NCBI RefSeq assembly: GCF_004353825.1 | Contig: NZ_SMNA01000001.1 | Span: 310,001-374,000, forward strand | Length of the DNA stretch: 64,000 bases | Reading direction: 5' to 3' | Origin: Occultella glacieicola | Lineage (GTDB): Bacteria > Actinomycetota > Actinomycetes > Actinomycetales > Beutenbergiaceae | Shown: piece after piece, positions 1 through 12,171 of the stretch | How the letters are laid out: each line of letters opens with the position of its first letter | Numbering within the stretch: position 1 is the stretch's first letter | Notes under the pieces: model-generated | Told to the model about the DNA's origin: nothing | Database searches by the model: none | The model's input: the letters and a program-made list of their open reading frames with translations, nothing else | Program-made: the position numbers and the translations under genes

Positions 1-1693
<1,693 letters not shown>

Positions 1694-1801
1694 TTACCCC
1701 GAGCATGCCGTCCAGGGCACCGGTCGGGGTTCGCCGGACGGTGCAGCCGGAGAGTGGCGTCCGGGTGAGGCAACGCACGTCAGTCGCCGGTCAGTCGTGG
1801 G

Positions 1802-3052
1802 TCAGCCGCCGGTCAGCGTCAGGAGGATCAGGCCCAGGTTCAGGGCGACCACCGCGACCACGATGCCGGTCAGGACCCACCGGATCACGGGGCCGTTCGC
1901 GGACTCGCCCATCAGGGTGCGATCCGACGTCAGGCGGAGCAGCGGCACCAGGGCGAACGGGATCCCGAAGCTCAGCACCACCTGCGAGATCACCAGGGCC
2001 CAGGTCGGGTCCACGCCGGCGGCGAGCAGCACCAGCGCCGGCACCAGGGTCACCGCACGGCGGGTCAGCACCGGGATCCGGCGGTGCAGCAGGCCGGCCA
2101 TGATGGTGGCACCGGCGTAACTGCCGACCGAGGTGGACGCGAGCCCGGAGGCGAGCAGCCCGATCGCGAACACCATGCCGATCGCCGGACCGAGGGCGTC
2201 CGTGACCGCGGCGTGGGCGCCCTCGATGGTGTCCGTGCCGGGGACGCCTTGCAGGCTGGACGCGGCGAGCAGCAGCATCGCGATGTTCACGCAGCCCGCC
2301 ACCCCGAGCGCGGCCACGACGTCCCAGCGGGTCGCCCGGAGCAGGGTCGGGAGCCGGGCCTCGCCCTTGCCGTGCCGGTCCCGTGCCAACGCCGAGTGCA
2401 CGTAGATCGCGTGCGGCATCACCGTGGCGCCGAGCATCGAGGTCGCCAGCAGGACGCTGTCCGCGCCGGCGAAGTGGGGCACCAGACCGCGGGCCATCTC
2501 GCCGCCGTCGGGAGGGTTGACGAACAGACCGGCCACGAACCCGACCGTGATCACGGCGAGCAGCGCGACGATCACGGACTCGAACCGCCGCTGGCCATGC
2601 CGGTCCGCGACCAGCAGCATCAGCATCGAGATCACCCCGACGATCAGGCCGCCCAGCGGCAGGGGCAGTCCGAACAGCAGGTTCAGTGCGATCGCGCCAC
2701 CGATCACCTCGGCCAGGTCGGTGGCCGCCGCGACCAGTTCCGCCTGCGCCCAGTACGCCAGGCGCGGCTTGCGGCGCAGCCGGCGGCCGAGCAGCTCGGG
2801 CATCGTGGCGCCGGTGACCAGCCCGAGTTTCGCGGACTGGTACTGGACCAGCACGGCCATCAGGTTCGCCGCCACCAGCACCCACAACAGCAGATATCCG
2901 TACCGTGCGCCCGCGGTGAGGTTCGCGGCCACGTTCCCCGGGTCGACGTAGGCGACGGCGGCTACGAAGGCCGGACCGAGCAGCGGAAGGAGGCGACGAC
3001 GTCGGGCATCGACCTGTGTGTCCGTGGTGCTGGTCGCCACGAGTGCCTCCAT
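1802..3052 (-). CDS. mntH: Nramp family Mn2+/divalent metal transporter
   Basis: AYVDPGN and [13 protein letters not shown]ramp signatures; many TM segments. Confidence 0.93.
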   Translation of the reverse strand: MEALVATSTTDTQVDARRRRLLPLLGPAFVAAVAYVDPGNVAANLTAGARYGYLLLWVLVAANLMAVLVQYQSAKLGLVTGATMPELLGRRLRRKPRLAYWAQAELVAAATDLAEVIGGAIALNLLFGLPLPLGGLIVGVISMLMLLVADRHGQRRFESVIVALLAVITVGFVAGLFVNPPDGGEMARGLVPHFAGADSVLLATSMLGATVMPHAIYVHSALARDRHGKGEARLPTLLRATRWDVVAALGVAGCVNIAMLLLAASSLQGVPGTDTIEGAHAAVTDALGPAIGMVFAIGLLASGLASTSVGSYAGATIMAGLLHRRIPVLTRRAVTLVPALVLLAAGVDPTWALVISQVVLSFGIPFALVPLLRLTSDRTLMGESANGPVIRWVLTGIVVAVVALNLGLILLTLTGG

Positions 3053-3056
3053 GGGA

Positions 3057-3078
3057 AAAGTTCGGGTGACCGAACTTT
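3057..3078. promoter_or_regulatory. Palindrome, probable MntR (DtxR-family) operator of mntH
   Basis: AAAGTTCGG-GTGA-CCGAACTTT, perfect 9-4-9 inverted repeat 4 bp upstream of the mntH ATG. Confidence 0.7.
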
Positions 3079-3151
3079 AGCCCACTCCGGCCCTCGGCGG
3101 TGTGACCAACGGCTCACTTCCGCGCCGCCGTGTCGGACTAAGGTTGGGAGG

Positions 3152-4552
3152 GTGACTGGACACTATGACGTTGTTGTTCTCGGCGCCGGGCCCGGCGGAT
3201 ACGTCGCTGCCATTCGTGCGGCGCAGCTCGGGCAGAGCGTGGCGATCGTGGAGAAGCAGTACTGGGGCGGTGTCTGCCTGAACGTCGGCTGCATCCCGTC
3301 CAAGGCGCTGCTGCGGAACGCGGAACTGGCCCACATCTTCAACCATCAGGCGAACACGTTCGGCATCACCGGTGAGGTGAGCTTTGACTTCGGCGCCGCC
3401 TTCGACCGCAGCCGGGACGTCGCCGACGGGCGCGTCAAGGGCGTGCACTTCCTGATGAAGAAGAACAAGATCCGCGAGTACGACGGTCTCGGGTCGTTCG
3501 CGGACGCCAAGACCCTGAACGTGGAACTCAGCTCCGGCGGGACCGAGCAGATCACGTTCGACAACGTCATCATCGCCACCGGCTCCACCGTGCGACTGCT
3601 GCCCGGTGTCGAGCTGAGCGAGAACGTGGTCACCTACGAGGAGCAGATCCTCACCCGCGACCTGCCCGCCTCGATCGTGGTCGTCGGCGCCGGCGCGATC
3701 GGCATGGAGTTCGCGTACGTGCTCAAGAACTACGGCGTGGACGTGACCATCGTCGAGTTCCTCGACCGGGCGCTGCCGAACGAGGACGTCGAGGTCTCCA
3801 AGGAGATCACCAAGAGCTACAAGAAGCTCGGCGTGAACATCCTCACCTCCACCAAGGTCGAGACCGTCACCGACGACGGCTCCTCGGTCAAGGTCGCCTA
3901 CACCGACGCGAAGGGCAACGCCGGCGAGATCGTCGCGGACAAGGTCCTGATGTCGATCGGGTTCGCCCCGCGGGTGGACGGCTACGGCCTGGAGAACACC
4001 GGCGTGCAACTGACCGAGCGCGGCGCCATCGCGATCGACGAGCGGATGCGCACGAACGTGCCCGGGATCTACGCGATCGGCGACGTCACCGCGAAGTTGC
4101 AGCTCGCGCACGTCGCCGAGGCCCAGGGCGTGGTCGCCGCCGAGACGATCGCCGACGCGGAGACCGTGGAGCTCGGCGACTACCGGATGATGCCGCGCGC
4201 CACGTTCTGCCAGCCGCAGGTGGCCAGCTTCGGCCTCACCGAGGCGCAGGCCCGGGACGAGGGCTACGACGTCAAGGTCGTGAAGTTCCCGTTCACCGCG
4301 AACGGCAAGGCACACGGCCTCGGCGAGCCCACCGGGTTCGTGAAGCTGGTCGCCGACGCGAAGTACAACGAGCTGCTCGGCGGTCACCTGATCGGCCCGG
4401 ACGTCTCCGAACTGCTGCCGGAACTGACGCTCGCGCAGAAGTGGGACCTCACGGCGAACGAGCTGGCCCGCAACGTGCACACCCACCCGACGCTGAGCGA
4501 GGCGCTGCAGGAGGGCTTCCACGGCCTGACGGGTCACATGATCAACTTCTGA
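3152..4552 (+). CDS. lpdA: Dihydrolipoyl dehydrogenase
   Basis: [30 protein letters not shown] redox disulfide, [11 protein letters not shown] 3152 after GGGAGG. Confidence 0.96.
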   Translation: MTGHYDVVVLGAGPGGYVAAIRAAQLGQSVAIVEKQYWGGVCLNVGCIPSKALLRNAELAHIFNHQANTFGITGEVSFDFGAAFDRSRDVADGRVKGVHFLMKKNKIREYDGLGSFADAKTLNVELSSGGTEQITFDNVIIATGSTVRLLPGVELSENVVTYEEQILTRDLPASIVVVGAGAIGMEFAYVLKNYGVDVTIVEFLDRALPNEDVEVSKEITKSYKKLGVNILTSTKVETVTDDGSSVKVAYTDAKGNAGEIVADKVLMSIGFAPRVDGYGLENTGVQLTERGAIAIDERMRTNVPGIYAIGDVTAKLQLAHVAEAQGVVAAETIADAETVELGDYRMMPRATFCQPQVASFGLTEAQARDEGYDVKVVKFPFTANGKAHGLGEPTGFVKLVADAKYNELLGGHLIGPDVSELLPELTLAQKWDLTANELARNVHTHPTLSEALQEGFHGLTGHMINF

Positions 4553-4554
4553 TT

Positions 4555-4655
4555 CGCTCACCGGGGCCACCCTGGCTCGAGTGCGCGGAACCCCTGGTCC
4601 GGCGCGGGTTGACCGGGGGCTTGCGCGCACTCATCGCCCAAGGTGCCGGTGAGCG
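4555..4655. repeat. Nested inverted repeat downstream of lpdA (terminator or REP-like)
   Basis: Outer CGCTCACCGG/CCGGTGAGCG; inner GAGTGCGCG..CCCCTGGTC / GACCGGGGG..CGCGCACTC. Confidence 0.55.
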
Positions 4656-4851
4656 GGTCTGGCGCTGCCGTCGCAACGGGTCCATCATGGGCGCACGGCT
4701 CCGGCAGCCGGCCGCCTGCCCCGCATCGCCTCGCGCGTTCGGGATGGTGAATGCCGATCACGCACGGCCTCGTCAACGGACTCGACGAACCCCGCGCGGA
4801 GGACGTCGGCAACGCAGGCACCGGATGGTCGCTCCGCCGTGAGGATTCGTC

Positions 4852-5853
4852 ATGAACACCGTGCCCACACCCGATGAGGCCAAGGCGCAGGCCAGGCGCC
4901 TGCGCACCGCCCTGACCGCCGCCGGGTTCGAGGTCGGCCATGCGGCCGCGCTCGAACTGATCGCGAGGACCCACGGGCTGGCGGACTGGAACACCCTGAC
5001 CGGGACCACCCGCACGACCAGCGCCGCAGGCCGCCTAGGGGACCCGAGCGAGACCGCCGGCGGCGCTGCCACGGCGACCTCCGCCGTCGTGCCGATCCTG
5101 CGGATGTTCGACTGGGACAAGGCCCAGGACTTCTACCTCGGCTACCTCGGCTGGACCGTCGACTGGGGGCACCGGTTCTCCGATCACTCGCCGCTGTACG
5201 TGCAGGTCTCCTCGCCCGACGGTGCGCGGCTGCACCTGTCCGAGCACCACGGCGACGGCACGCCCGGGACCGCGGTGCTCATCGAAGTCGCGGACGCCGG
5301 CGCGGTCCACGCCACGCTCTCCGCGAAGGACTACTCGTTCGCTGCGCCGGGCCTGGAGCAGGTGCCCTGGGGGCAGACCGTGACGGTCCACGACCCATCC
5401 GGCAACCAGCTCACCTTCCTGCAGGCCGACGGGGATCGGGCCCGCGCCGACCGGGAGCTGCCGCCGATCGTCACCGGGATCACTGTTCCGCTCGAGCCCG
5501 GGGCCGCCTTCGATCTGTTCACGTCGTTCAGTTGGTGGGTCGAGTACGGCCGGGAGGTCGGCGCCCCGGTCACGGTCTCGGATGAGGTGGCGTTCGAGAA
5601 CGGTCGGGGCCGGCTGCCGATCGGGCGCGTGCTGCACCGGCACCGCCCCACGCACTGGGCGATGACGTTCACGCTCGCCCAGGATCCCGCGACGCCGACC
5701 CGGCTGGACGTGCACTTCCGGCCTGTCGCCGGCGGCACCGAGGTTCGGCTGGAACACGGAGGCTGGGATGCGCGCAACGGCGAACGGCGTGGGCAGTTCA
5801 ACGACTGGCCGGTGATCCTGGCGCACTTCGAGGCCGCGGCACGGGCGGTCTGA
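4852..5853 (+). CDS. Fusion: short N-terminal helical domain + VOC/bleomycin-resistance-like domain + SRPBCC/AHSA1-like domain
   Basis: AKAQARRLR..ALELIA..HG..DWNTL; VVPILRMFD..LHLSEHHGDGTPG..PWG..DPSGNQLTF; TRLDVHF..GGTEVRLEHGGWD..W..IL. Confidence 0.75.
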   Translation: MNTVPTPDEAKAQARRLRTALTAAGFEVGHAAALELIARTHGLADWNTLTGTTRTTSAAGRLGDPSETAGGAATATSAVVPILRMFDWDKAQDFYLGYLGWTVDWGHRFSDHSPLYVQVSSPDGARLHLSEHHGDGTPGTAVLIEVADAGAVHATLSAKDYSFAAPGLEQVPWGQTVTVHDPSGNQLTFLQADGDRARADRELPPIVTGITVPLEPGAAFDLFTSFSWWVEYGREVGAPVTVSDEVAFENGRGRLPIGRVLHRHRPTHWAMTFTLAQDPATPTRLDVHFRPVAGGTEVRLEHGGWDARNGERRGQFNDWPVILAHFEAAARAV

Positions 5854-5865
5854 CGCGGCCGGCCT

Positions 5866-6720
5866 TCAGGGGCCGATCGACCTCGAGACCGCGCCGGCAT
5901 CGCGCGGCAGGAACCCGGCCGCGTTCTCCTGTGCCCACTGGGCGAAGGTGCGTGCAGGGCCGCCGGTGACGTCCTGGACGGTGGAGAGAACCTTTCCCGC
6001 GGTCGCAGGTGGGTTCGTCGCCAGGTTGATCCCGAACTCCACGTAGTCGTCGTCGTATCCGTAGCCGCGCAGGCGTTCTCGTTCCTGCGCCTCGGTCAGC
6101 TGCACGAGGGCGAGGTCCCGGCCGGTCGTCTCCGCGAGGATGCGGATCCGTTCTTGCGGCGTGAGCGCCTCGGGGCCGGTCAGTGGATAGGTTCGGCCGT
6201 CGTGCCCCGGTTCGGTCAGGGCGCTGGCGGCGACGGCTGCGATGTCCGCCTCGTGGACCATCGCGCTCGGGTAGGTGGCGAGCGTGGACAGGGTGCCGTG
6301 GGTGCTGAGCTCGTCGGCCCAGTCGAACGTGTTGGCCATGAACTCGACCGGGTGTAGCAGGGTCCATCCGATCGCGCTGCCCTTGAGCGCGGTCTCGACA
6401 CTGGTCCGGGACCAGCTCCCGAGCACGGACGCGCGACGGACCTTCTTCCGCTCGGCCAGGTCGACGAGTTCCGCCCCGTTCGTCAGGTCGCCGAGGTCGT
6501 CGCCGCCGAAGGTGATGAGGTGGATCGCGTCGACTCCTTCGAACGCGTCTCCGAGGGTCTCGATCATGGTGAGATCGCCGCCGAGCACCTCGACGCCGTC
6601 CGGGAAATTGGTGTTCCGGGGGTTTCGGGTGAGGGCTCGAACGTGATGGCCGCCCCGGTGAAGCTCTTCGACGAGGTGGCGTCCGACCTTTCCGGTTGCT
6701 CCGGTGACCAGGATGCGCAT
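5866..6720 (-). CDS. NmrA-like NAD(P)H-binding oxidoreductase
   Basis: ILVTGATGKVG Rossmann motif, VHEADIAAVA, YPLTGPEALT. Confidence 0.85.
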   Translation of the reverse strand: MRILVTGATGKVGRHLVEELHRGGHHVRALTRNPRNTNFPDGVEVLGGDLTMIETLGDAFEGVDAIHLITFGGDDLGDLTNGAELVDLAERKKVRRASVLGSWSRTSVETALKGSAIGWTLLHPVEFMANTFDWADELSTHGTLSTLATYPSAMVHEADIAAVAASALTEPGHDGRTYPLTGPEALTPQERIRILAETTGRDLALVQLTEAQERERLRGYGYDDDYVEFGINLATNPPATAGKVLSTVQDVTGGPARTFAQWAQENAAGFLPRDAGAVSRSIGP

Positions 6721-6752
6721 GCTGATCGGTCCTTTCTCCTCTGGTCGGGCGG

Positions 6753-7319
6753 TCAGCGCGTGCGGGGGTCCTGGAGCGAGGACATCGCGTCCATCAGGCT
6801 GGAGTGGATGTAGTCGAGCTCCGGCGTGGAGGCCGACTCCCAGGACTGTTCGTCATCGCCGGAGGCGTCGCCCTCGGACCAGTCGCTCTCTGCGCCGTCC
6901 CAGGTGGTGGCACTCGGGTTGTGCTGGTAGACCCACCACAGGTGGCCGAACGGGTCGGCGAAGCGTGCGAGCACGTCACCCCAGAACTCCGTCGGTTCGG
7001 TGACGATCCGGGCTCCGCCGGCGGCGGCGCGTGCCAGGACGGCTGCCGGATCGTCGACGTACACGCGGACGAACGCCGGGGTGTAGGGCCATCCGGGCTT
7101 GCGGTCGGCGATGGTGACGGTGGAGTCGCCGATCCGGAGTTCGGAGTGCAGCACCAGCCCGTCGGTGTCGGCGGTACGGGCTTCCGAGACCTCGGCCGCA
7201 CTGAACACGTCGGCCAGGAAGGCGATCAGGCCCGGGGCGTCGTCGGACCAGATGAACGGGTCGACGGTCGCGGAGCCGACGGGAGCGGCGGGAACGGTCG
7301 ACGGCGTGGGAGCAGACAT
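6753..7319 (-). CDS. VOC family (PhnB-like) protein
   Basis: VLHSELRIGDS, FWGDVLARFADPFGHLWW. Confidence 0.8.
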   Translation of the reverse strand: MSAPTPSTVPAAPVGSATVDPFIWSDDAPGLIAFLADVFSAAEVSEARTADTDGLVLHSELRIGDSTVTIADRKPGWPYTPAFVRVYVDDPAAVLARAAAGGARIVTEPTEFWGDVLARFADPFGHLWWVYQHNPSATTWDGAESDWSEGDASGDDEQSWESASTPELDYIHSSLMDAMSSLQDPRTR

Positions 7320-7405
7320 GGGACTCCTTCTGTTCTTGGTTGGTCCTCCAAGTCTCGCGCGACTTCCGGTCGGTATCTGGCCACAAGTGAAACTAGTCTG
7401 GAGGA

Positions 7406-8368
7406 ATGTCGACCAGCACCCGGGCCCTCGACCTCCTCGGGCTCCTGCAGAGCCGGCGGCACTGGCCCGGAACCGAACTCGCCCGCCGGCTCAACGTGAG
7501 CCAGCGGACCCTCCGCCGCGACGTCAACGGCCTGCAGCAGCTCGGCTATCCGATCATCACGACCCGGGGGACCGGCGGCGGCTACCAGCTCAGCGCCGGG
7601 GCATCCCTTCCGCCACTGGTCCTCAGCGAGGACGAGGCCGCGGCCACGGTGCTCGGGCTGAAGGAGATCGCCACGGGTGTGCACCCATCCTCGGCCGAGT
7701 CCGCCGTCAGTGCGATGGCAAAGATCGTGCAGGTCCTGCCGCCCCGCATCCGAGGTCGGATCGACAGTCTGCGGGCCGTGGCGGTTCCGGCGGGCGGCCC
7801 CGAGAACCGCGCCATGATCGGCGACATCACCGCCCTCACGACGCTGGCTCTCGCCTGCCGTGACTCCGACTCGGTGGTGTTCGCCTACAGCTCCCGGGCA
7901 GGCGAATCGTCGCGGCGGACGGTGCAACCACACCGGATCGCGAATGTGGAGAACCGGATCTACCTCATCGCGTGGGACCTGGACCGCGCGGACTGGCGTA
8001 CGTTCCGCGTCGACCGCATCACTGAGCCGCGGCGCACCGGAGCCAGGTTCGCGCCGCGCCGTCTGCCCGATGACGACCCGGTCTCCTACGTGCGCTCTCG
8101 GATCGGCGTCCTGCCGTCGCGCTACCGCGTACACGCCACAGTCCACGCGCCCGCCGAACGGATCCGGGCCGAGATCCTGCACTACGGGACCGTGGAGCCG
8201 GTGGACGACACCTCATGCGAGGTCCACATCGCCGCCGAGTCGCTGGACTGGGCGGCCTTCTGCCTCGTTGCGATCGGTGCCCCGTTCGTTGTGCACGGGC
8301 CGGTCGAGGCGATCGACCACATGAGGGCGTGGGGGCGCGGACTGCTCCACGCCACCGAAGCCGGCTAG
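7406..8368 (+). CDS. HTH-WYL transcriptional regulator (YafY/PafB-like)
   Basis: LARRLNVSQRTLRRDV HTH, RGTGGGYQL, YLIAWDLDRADWRTFRVDRI; divergent from the VOC-NmrA genes. Confidence 0.92.
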   Translation: MSTSTRALDLLGLLQSRRHWPGTELARRLNVSQRTLRRDVNGLQQLGYPIITTRGTGGGYQLSAGASLPPLVLSEDEAAATVLGLKEIATGVHPSSAESAVSAMAKIVQVLPPRIRGRIDSLRAVAVPAGGPENRAMIGDITALTTLALACRDSDSVVFAYSSRAGESSRRTVQPHRIANVENRIYLIAWDLDRADWRTFRVDRITEPRRTGARFAPRRLPDDDPVSYVRSRIGVLPSRYRVHATVHAPAERIRAEILHYGTVEPVDDTSCEVHIAAESLDWAAFCLVAIGAPFVVHGPVEAIDHMRAWGRGLLHATEAG

Positions 8369-8598
8369 CTGGTGCTGCTGCGGAGGCGTGAGAGCGCGCC
8401 GGCGATCGCAACCGAGTGCCGCAGCCGCAAGCGCATGGCCTCGCTGCTCCACGAGTCCAAGCCGCGCCTCTGTCTTCCAGCGAAGCACAGAGACGGTCCT
8501 CGCTGGGCACCGCCCGTCCGAGGGAGCGTCACCCCGGTGGGACCATCGACCCGGCGGTCGCCTCGTCACGCCCGTAAGGTCAAGCTCATGAGGCACAC

Positions 8599-9168
8599 GT
8601 GAAGCGGGCCATCGCCCGCCTGTACTGGCGGCTGAGCCGGTGGACGCTGAGGTCCGAACCGGTGGATCCGCGCGGCGCGGGCATCATGCTCGGCGCGCCG
8701 CACACCTCCAACTGGGACTTCGTGTTCATGCTCGCGATCGCCTGGAAGGACGGGTTCAAACTCCGGTTCCTCGGCAAGCACCAACTGTTCAAGAAGCCGT
8801 TCGGCACGATCATGCGCGCCCTCGGTGGGATCCCCGTGGACCGTCGCGACCCCTCCACGGTGGTCGCCGAGGTGGTCGAACGGGTCAACGCCGGCGAACG
8901 GTTCCACCTCGTCATCACCCCGGAGGGCACCCGCACCGGTGCGCCGTACTGGCGGTCCGGGTTCTACCGGATCGCCCGCGAGACCCACCTGCCGGTGACC
9001 CTCGGCTACGTCGACCGGAACACGATGACCACCGGCCTGGGCCCCACGATCGAACTGACCGGGGACGTCGTCGCGGACATGGACGTCATCCGCGCGTTCT
9101 ACCAGGGCAAGACCGGGGTCCGGCCGGCGAGGACGATCGAGCCGCGCCTGCGTGACGAGGAGGGCTGA
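8599..9168 (+). CDS. 1-acyl-sn-glycerol-3-phosphate acyltransferase family
   Basis: APHTSNWD (HX4D), GGIPVDR, ITPEGTR. Confidence 0.9.
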   Translation: MKRAIARLYWRLSRWTLRSEPVDPRGAGIMLGAPHTSNWDFVFMLAIAWKDGFKLRFLGKHQLFKKPFGTIMRALGGIPVDRRDPSTVVAEVVERVNAGERFHLVITPEGTRTGAPYWRSGFYRIARETHLPVTLGYVDRNTMTTGLGPTIELTGDVVADMDVIRAFYQGKTGVRPARTIEPRLRDEEG

Positions 9169-9225
9169 AACGCTCGGTCCCGGCCGGGTCTGCAGCCCCG
9201 GCCAGGTCCTCAGCGGCTCAGCGGC

Positions 9226-10020
9226 CTACTCGCCGCTGAACGTGGCGCCCTCGGCGTAGGCGCGCATCGCGTCGCGCACGAACGTGGCGCCCTCGGTCCC
9301 GCCGTAGTTCGCCGCGAACCGGTCGTCCGCGACGTACATGTCGGCCAGCCCGAGGAAGTAGCCGCGGGACACCTCGTTCGAGGCGACCCCGAGCCACTCG
9401 TGGTGCCGGGCACTGATCGCCCGCACCCGCTCGTCGTCGGGGTCGAGCCCCTCGGCCGCGGCCCGGGCGTAGTCGGACCCGATGTCGGCCTGGCGCTGCT
9501 GGAAGTCCTTCTTCTCGGCGTCGCTCAGCGAGCGCCACCAGGCGTCGCCCTTGGCGTACGCGTCACGACCCCAACGTTGCTCGACCTCGTCCCGGTACTG
9601 GGTGTGGTCGAAACCGTCGAACATCTCCTCTGCCATGAGTTCTTCACCTCCTTCCCTTCTGATCACCGTGGTCCGAACGGACGCGATCTGTCGATCGAGC
9701 CGGTCGCGCTCCTGCTGGAGCAGGTCCAGGTGGGTCCGCAGCGCGGTGGCCTCGTCCTGCGAGCGGTCGAGGACCTCGGCGATGGTGCCGAGGCCGAGCC
9801 CCAGGTCGCGCAGCAACAGGATGCGTTGCAGGCGGACCAGGGCCTCGCCGTCGTAGTGGCGGTAGCCGTTCGCACCGATCCGTGACGGTGCCAGCAGCCC
9901 GATCTGGTCGTAGTGACGCAGCGTGCGACTGGTCGTCCCGGTGAGCCGGGTGATCTCGTGCATGGACCATTGCGCGTCGGACGACGCGCGGTGTTCGAGC
10001 ACTGTGTCGGTCCGGTTCAT
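9226..10020 (-). CDS. MerR family regulator with TipAS antibiotic-recognition domain (TipA/Mta-like)
   Basis: SRTLRHYDQIGLL..NGYRHY; YRDEVEQRWG..LADMYVADDRFAANY; GGAGG SD before ATG 10020. Confidence 0.88.
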   Translation of the reverse strand: MNRTDTVLEHRASSDAQWSMHEITRLTGTTSRTLRHYDQIGLLAPSRIGANGYRHYDGEALVRLQRILLLRDLGLGLGTIAEVLDRSQDEATALRTHLDLLQQERDRLDRQIASVRTTVIRREGGEELMAEEMFDGFDHTQYRDEVEQRWGRDAYAKGDAWWRSLSDAEKKDFQQRQADIGSDYARAAAEGLDPDDERVRAISARHHEWLGVASNEVSRGYFLGLADMYVADDRFAANYGGTEGATFVRDAMRAYAEGATFSGE

Positions 10021-10048
10021 CGGGCCCTCCTGGGTTGTCGGTGAGACC

Positions 10049-10079
10049 AGTGTGGACGTTGACGTCGCGTCAAAGTCAA
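10049..10079 (-). promoter_or_regulatory. MerR-type promoter: 19-bp spacer containing the operator palindrome
   Basis: Minus strand TTGACT-N19-CACACT; the spacer holds TTGACG-CGA-CGTCAA (10059-10073). Confidence 0.75.
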
Positions 10080-10146
10080 GGCGAGTTCCGGGGCGACGGG
10101 CGCCGGGTCGGGGAATGGGCTGCGCGGCGACCCGGTTGGCCACTGC

Positions 10147-10968
10147 ATGACTCTCGAACTCGGCAGATACGGCGTCTGGTTGGGCGCTCCCAAGGTGGAC
10201 GCGATCCTGGCCGGGGAGGTGGAGCGGCTCGGCTACGGGACGCTCTGGCTCGGTGGCATCAACGACTCCGAGCTCGCCGCCCCGGAGGTGGTGCTCGCGG
10301 GTACGTCGTCGATCACGGTGGCCACCGGCATCGTCAACATCTGGGCGACGGACGCCGAGCGCACGGCGCGGTCCTATGCGCGCCTCGCACACACCTTCGG
10401 AGACCGGTTCGTCCTCGGCGTGGGCATCGGGCACCCCGAGAACACGAGCGAGTACGCCTCCCCGTACGACACCACCGTGGGATACCTGGACACCCTGGCC
10501 GCCCAGGGCGTACCGACCGCCCGGACCGTACTGGCCGCCCTCGGGCCCCGGGTGCTCGGCCTGGCGAGGTCCCGCACCGCCGGCGCTCACCCCTACCTGA
10601 CCATCCCGGCGCATACCCGCAGGGCGCGGGAGATCCTTGGCGAGGGTCCCGTGCTCGCCCCGGAGCAGAAGGTGGTCCTCGAGACAGATCCGGAGCGTGC
10701 GCGGGCGGTCGCCCGCGAGTTCCTCGCCCCGTACCTTGGCTTGTCCAACTACCTCCGGATGCTGCGTGATGTCGGCTTCGCCGAGGCGGACCTGGCCGAC
10801 GGCGGAAGCGACGCGCTCGTCGACCAGCTCGTGCTGCACGGGGACGCGGTCACCGTGGCCGCCGGCCTGCGCGCGCACCGGGACGCGGGCGCCGACCACG
10901 TGGCTGTCCAGCCGCTGACCGATCCCGTGCGAACCCTCGGTGAGCTCGCGCCGCTGCTCGACCTCTGA
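10147..10968 (+). CDS. LLM class F420-dependent oxidoreductase
   Basis: VATGIVNIW, RFVLGVGIGH, LAALGPRVL, GAHPYL, APEQKVVL, AGADHVAVQ. Confidence 0.88.
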   Translation: MTLELGRYGVWLGAPKVDAILAGEVERLGYGTLWLGGINDSELAAPEVVLAGTSSITVATGIVNIWATDAERTARSYARLAHTFGDRFVLGVGIGHPENTSEYASPYDTTVGYLDTLAAQGVPTARTVLAALGPRVLGLARSRTAGAHPYLTIPAHTRRAREILGEGPVLAPEQKVVLETDPERARAVAREFLAPYLGLSNYLRMLRDVGFAEADLADGGSDALVDQLVLHGDAVTVAAGLRAHRDAGADHVAVQPLTDPVRTLGELAPLLDL

Positions 10969-10971
10969 CCC

Positions 10972-12048
10972 TCACGCGGTCAGCCGGGCGGGCTCCCGGG
11001 TGCGCAGCAGGTGCCGCACCACATAGCCCGCGTCGCGGCCCGCGCCGCCGATCAGCATCGACGCGAACGCGTACTGGAACGGCACCCCGAGGAAGTACAG
11101 CCCCGGGAACTCCGAGACGCCGCGTTCGCTGACCGGGAACCCGGCCTCGTCGGTGACCGGCAGGTCGATCCAGGAGTAGTCGTGGCGGTAACCGGTGCAC
11201 CAGATCACGCTCGCGACCTCCACGGCGGTCCCATCCGCTACCGGCAGTCCGTCGTCGACCCCGGTCACCCGTCCGACCCGCCGCACCCCGGCGGCCCTCA
11301 GGTCCTCCTCACGCACCCGCACCAACGGCGCACCGTGGCTACGCACCTCGCCGCGCATGCGCCGTCCGATCGGGGTGCGCATGGTGAGCAGGTTCCGGGT
11401 GGCCCAGAACCAGATCGGCAGGACCACGCGGGCTTCCGGCCCTTCGATCCGGAACGGCATCTGACCGTTCGCCCGGCCGGCGAGGGTCGTGGGGTGGGTG
11501 GCGGCCGTCTCGTGGGCGATGTCCGCTCCTGAGTGCGAGGCGCCGACCACCAGGACGTCCCCCGGCGGCAGGTCGGCCGGGCCCCGGTACGTGGTCGAGT
11601 GCCACTGCCGGATGCCCGGGTCCAGGTCGGCCGCGAAACCCGGCACGTACGGCTCCTGGTGCGGCCCGGTCGCGACGACGACGTTCGGTGCCTCGAACCG
11701 CTGCCCGCCCGCTTCCGCCACGAACGATCCGCCGACCGGGCGCAGCGACTCCACCCGCACACCGGAGCGCACCGGCAGGGCGAAGTGGTCGGCGTAGGTC
11801 CGCAGGTAGGCCGCGATCTCGTCGCGATCGGGGAAGTGCCGCGGGTCGCCGGGGCAGTCGAGCCCGGGCAGCGAGGAGTACCTGGCGGGGGAGAACAGGC
11901 GCAGGGAGTCCCAGTGCCCCTCCCAGTGCGCGCCGACATGGTCCTGCGCGTCGAGGATCACGAAGTCCACGCCGGACTGGGCGAGGTGGTAGCCGGCGGA
12001 CAGGCCGGACTGGCCGCCGCCGATGACGATCGTGTGGTGCGTACTCAT
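10972..12048 (-). CDS. Flavin-containing monooxygenase (CzcO/ArsO-like)
   Basis: IGGGQSGL, WDSLRLFSP, HSTTYR, VVGASHSG, IWCTGY; AAGGA SD before ATG 12048. Confidence 0.85.
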   Translation of the reverse strand: MSTHHTIVIGGGQSGLSAGYHLAQSGVDFVILDAQDHVGAHWEGHWDSLRLFSPARYSSLPGLDCPGDPRHFPDRDEIAAYLRTYADHFALPVRSGVRVESLRPVGGSFVAEAGGQRFEAPNVVVATGPHQEPYVPGFAADLDPGIRQWHSTTYRGPADLPPGDVLVVGASHSGADIAHETAATHPTTLAGRANGQMPFRIEGPEARVVLPIWFWATRNLLTMRTPIGRRMRGEVRSHGAPLVRVREEDLRAAGVRRVGRVTGVDDGLPVADGTAVEVASVIWCTGYRHDYSWIDLPVTDEAGFPVSERGVSEFPGLYFLGVPFQYAFASMLIGGAGRDAGYVVRHLLRTREPARLTA

Positions 12049-12171
12049 GGCCGTTCCTTCCGTGGGTCGTGTCTCGACGCTAGGAAGGTGGCGCGCTGGG
12101 CGCATCGACCGTTCTGAGCATTGCCCGACGGCGGAGCGTGGGTATTTCTGCCGGGCGCGGCCGGCGTCGGG

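Noticed and set aside
2084..3151. Long N-terminal extensions in the ORF track (lpdA, MerR, recB, recD, tauE, ogt)
   Set aside because: They overlap other genes; homology and SD/start signals begin at the downstream codons used here.
4612..4632. GGGGCTTGCG resembling half of a rifamycin-associated element
   Set aside because: The second half is absent, it is 3.4 kb from rox, and it is explained as an arm of the post-lpdA hairpin.
7366..7383. Weak dyad GGTCGG-TAT-CTGGCC as a WYL regulator site
   Set aside because: Plausible by position but too degenerate to support without homologous alignments.
8369..8598. Short ORFs between the WYL regulator and the acyltransferase
   Set aside because: No SD, motif or consistent codon bias in any frame.
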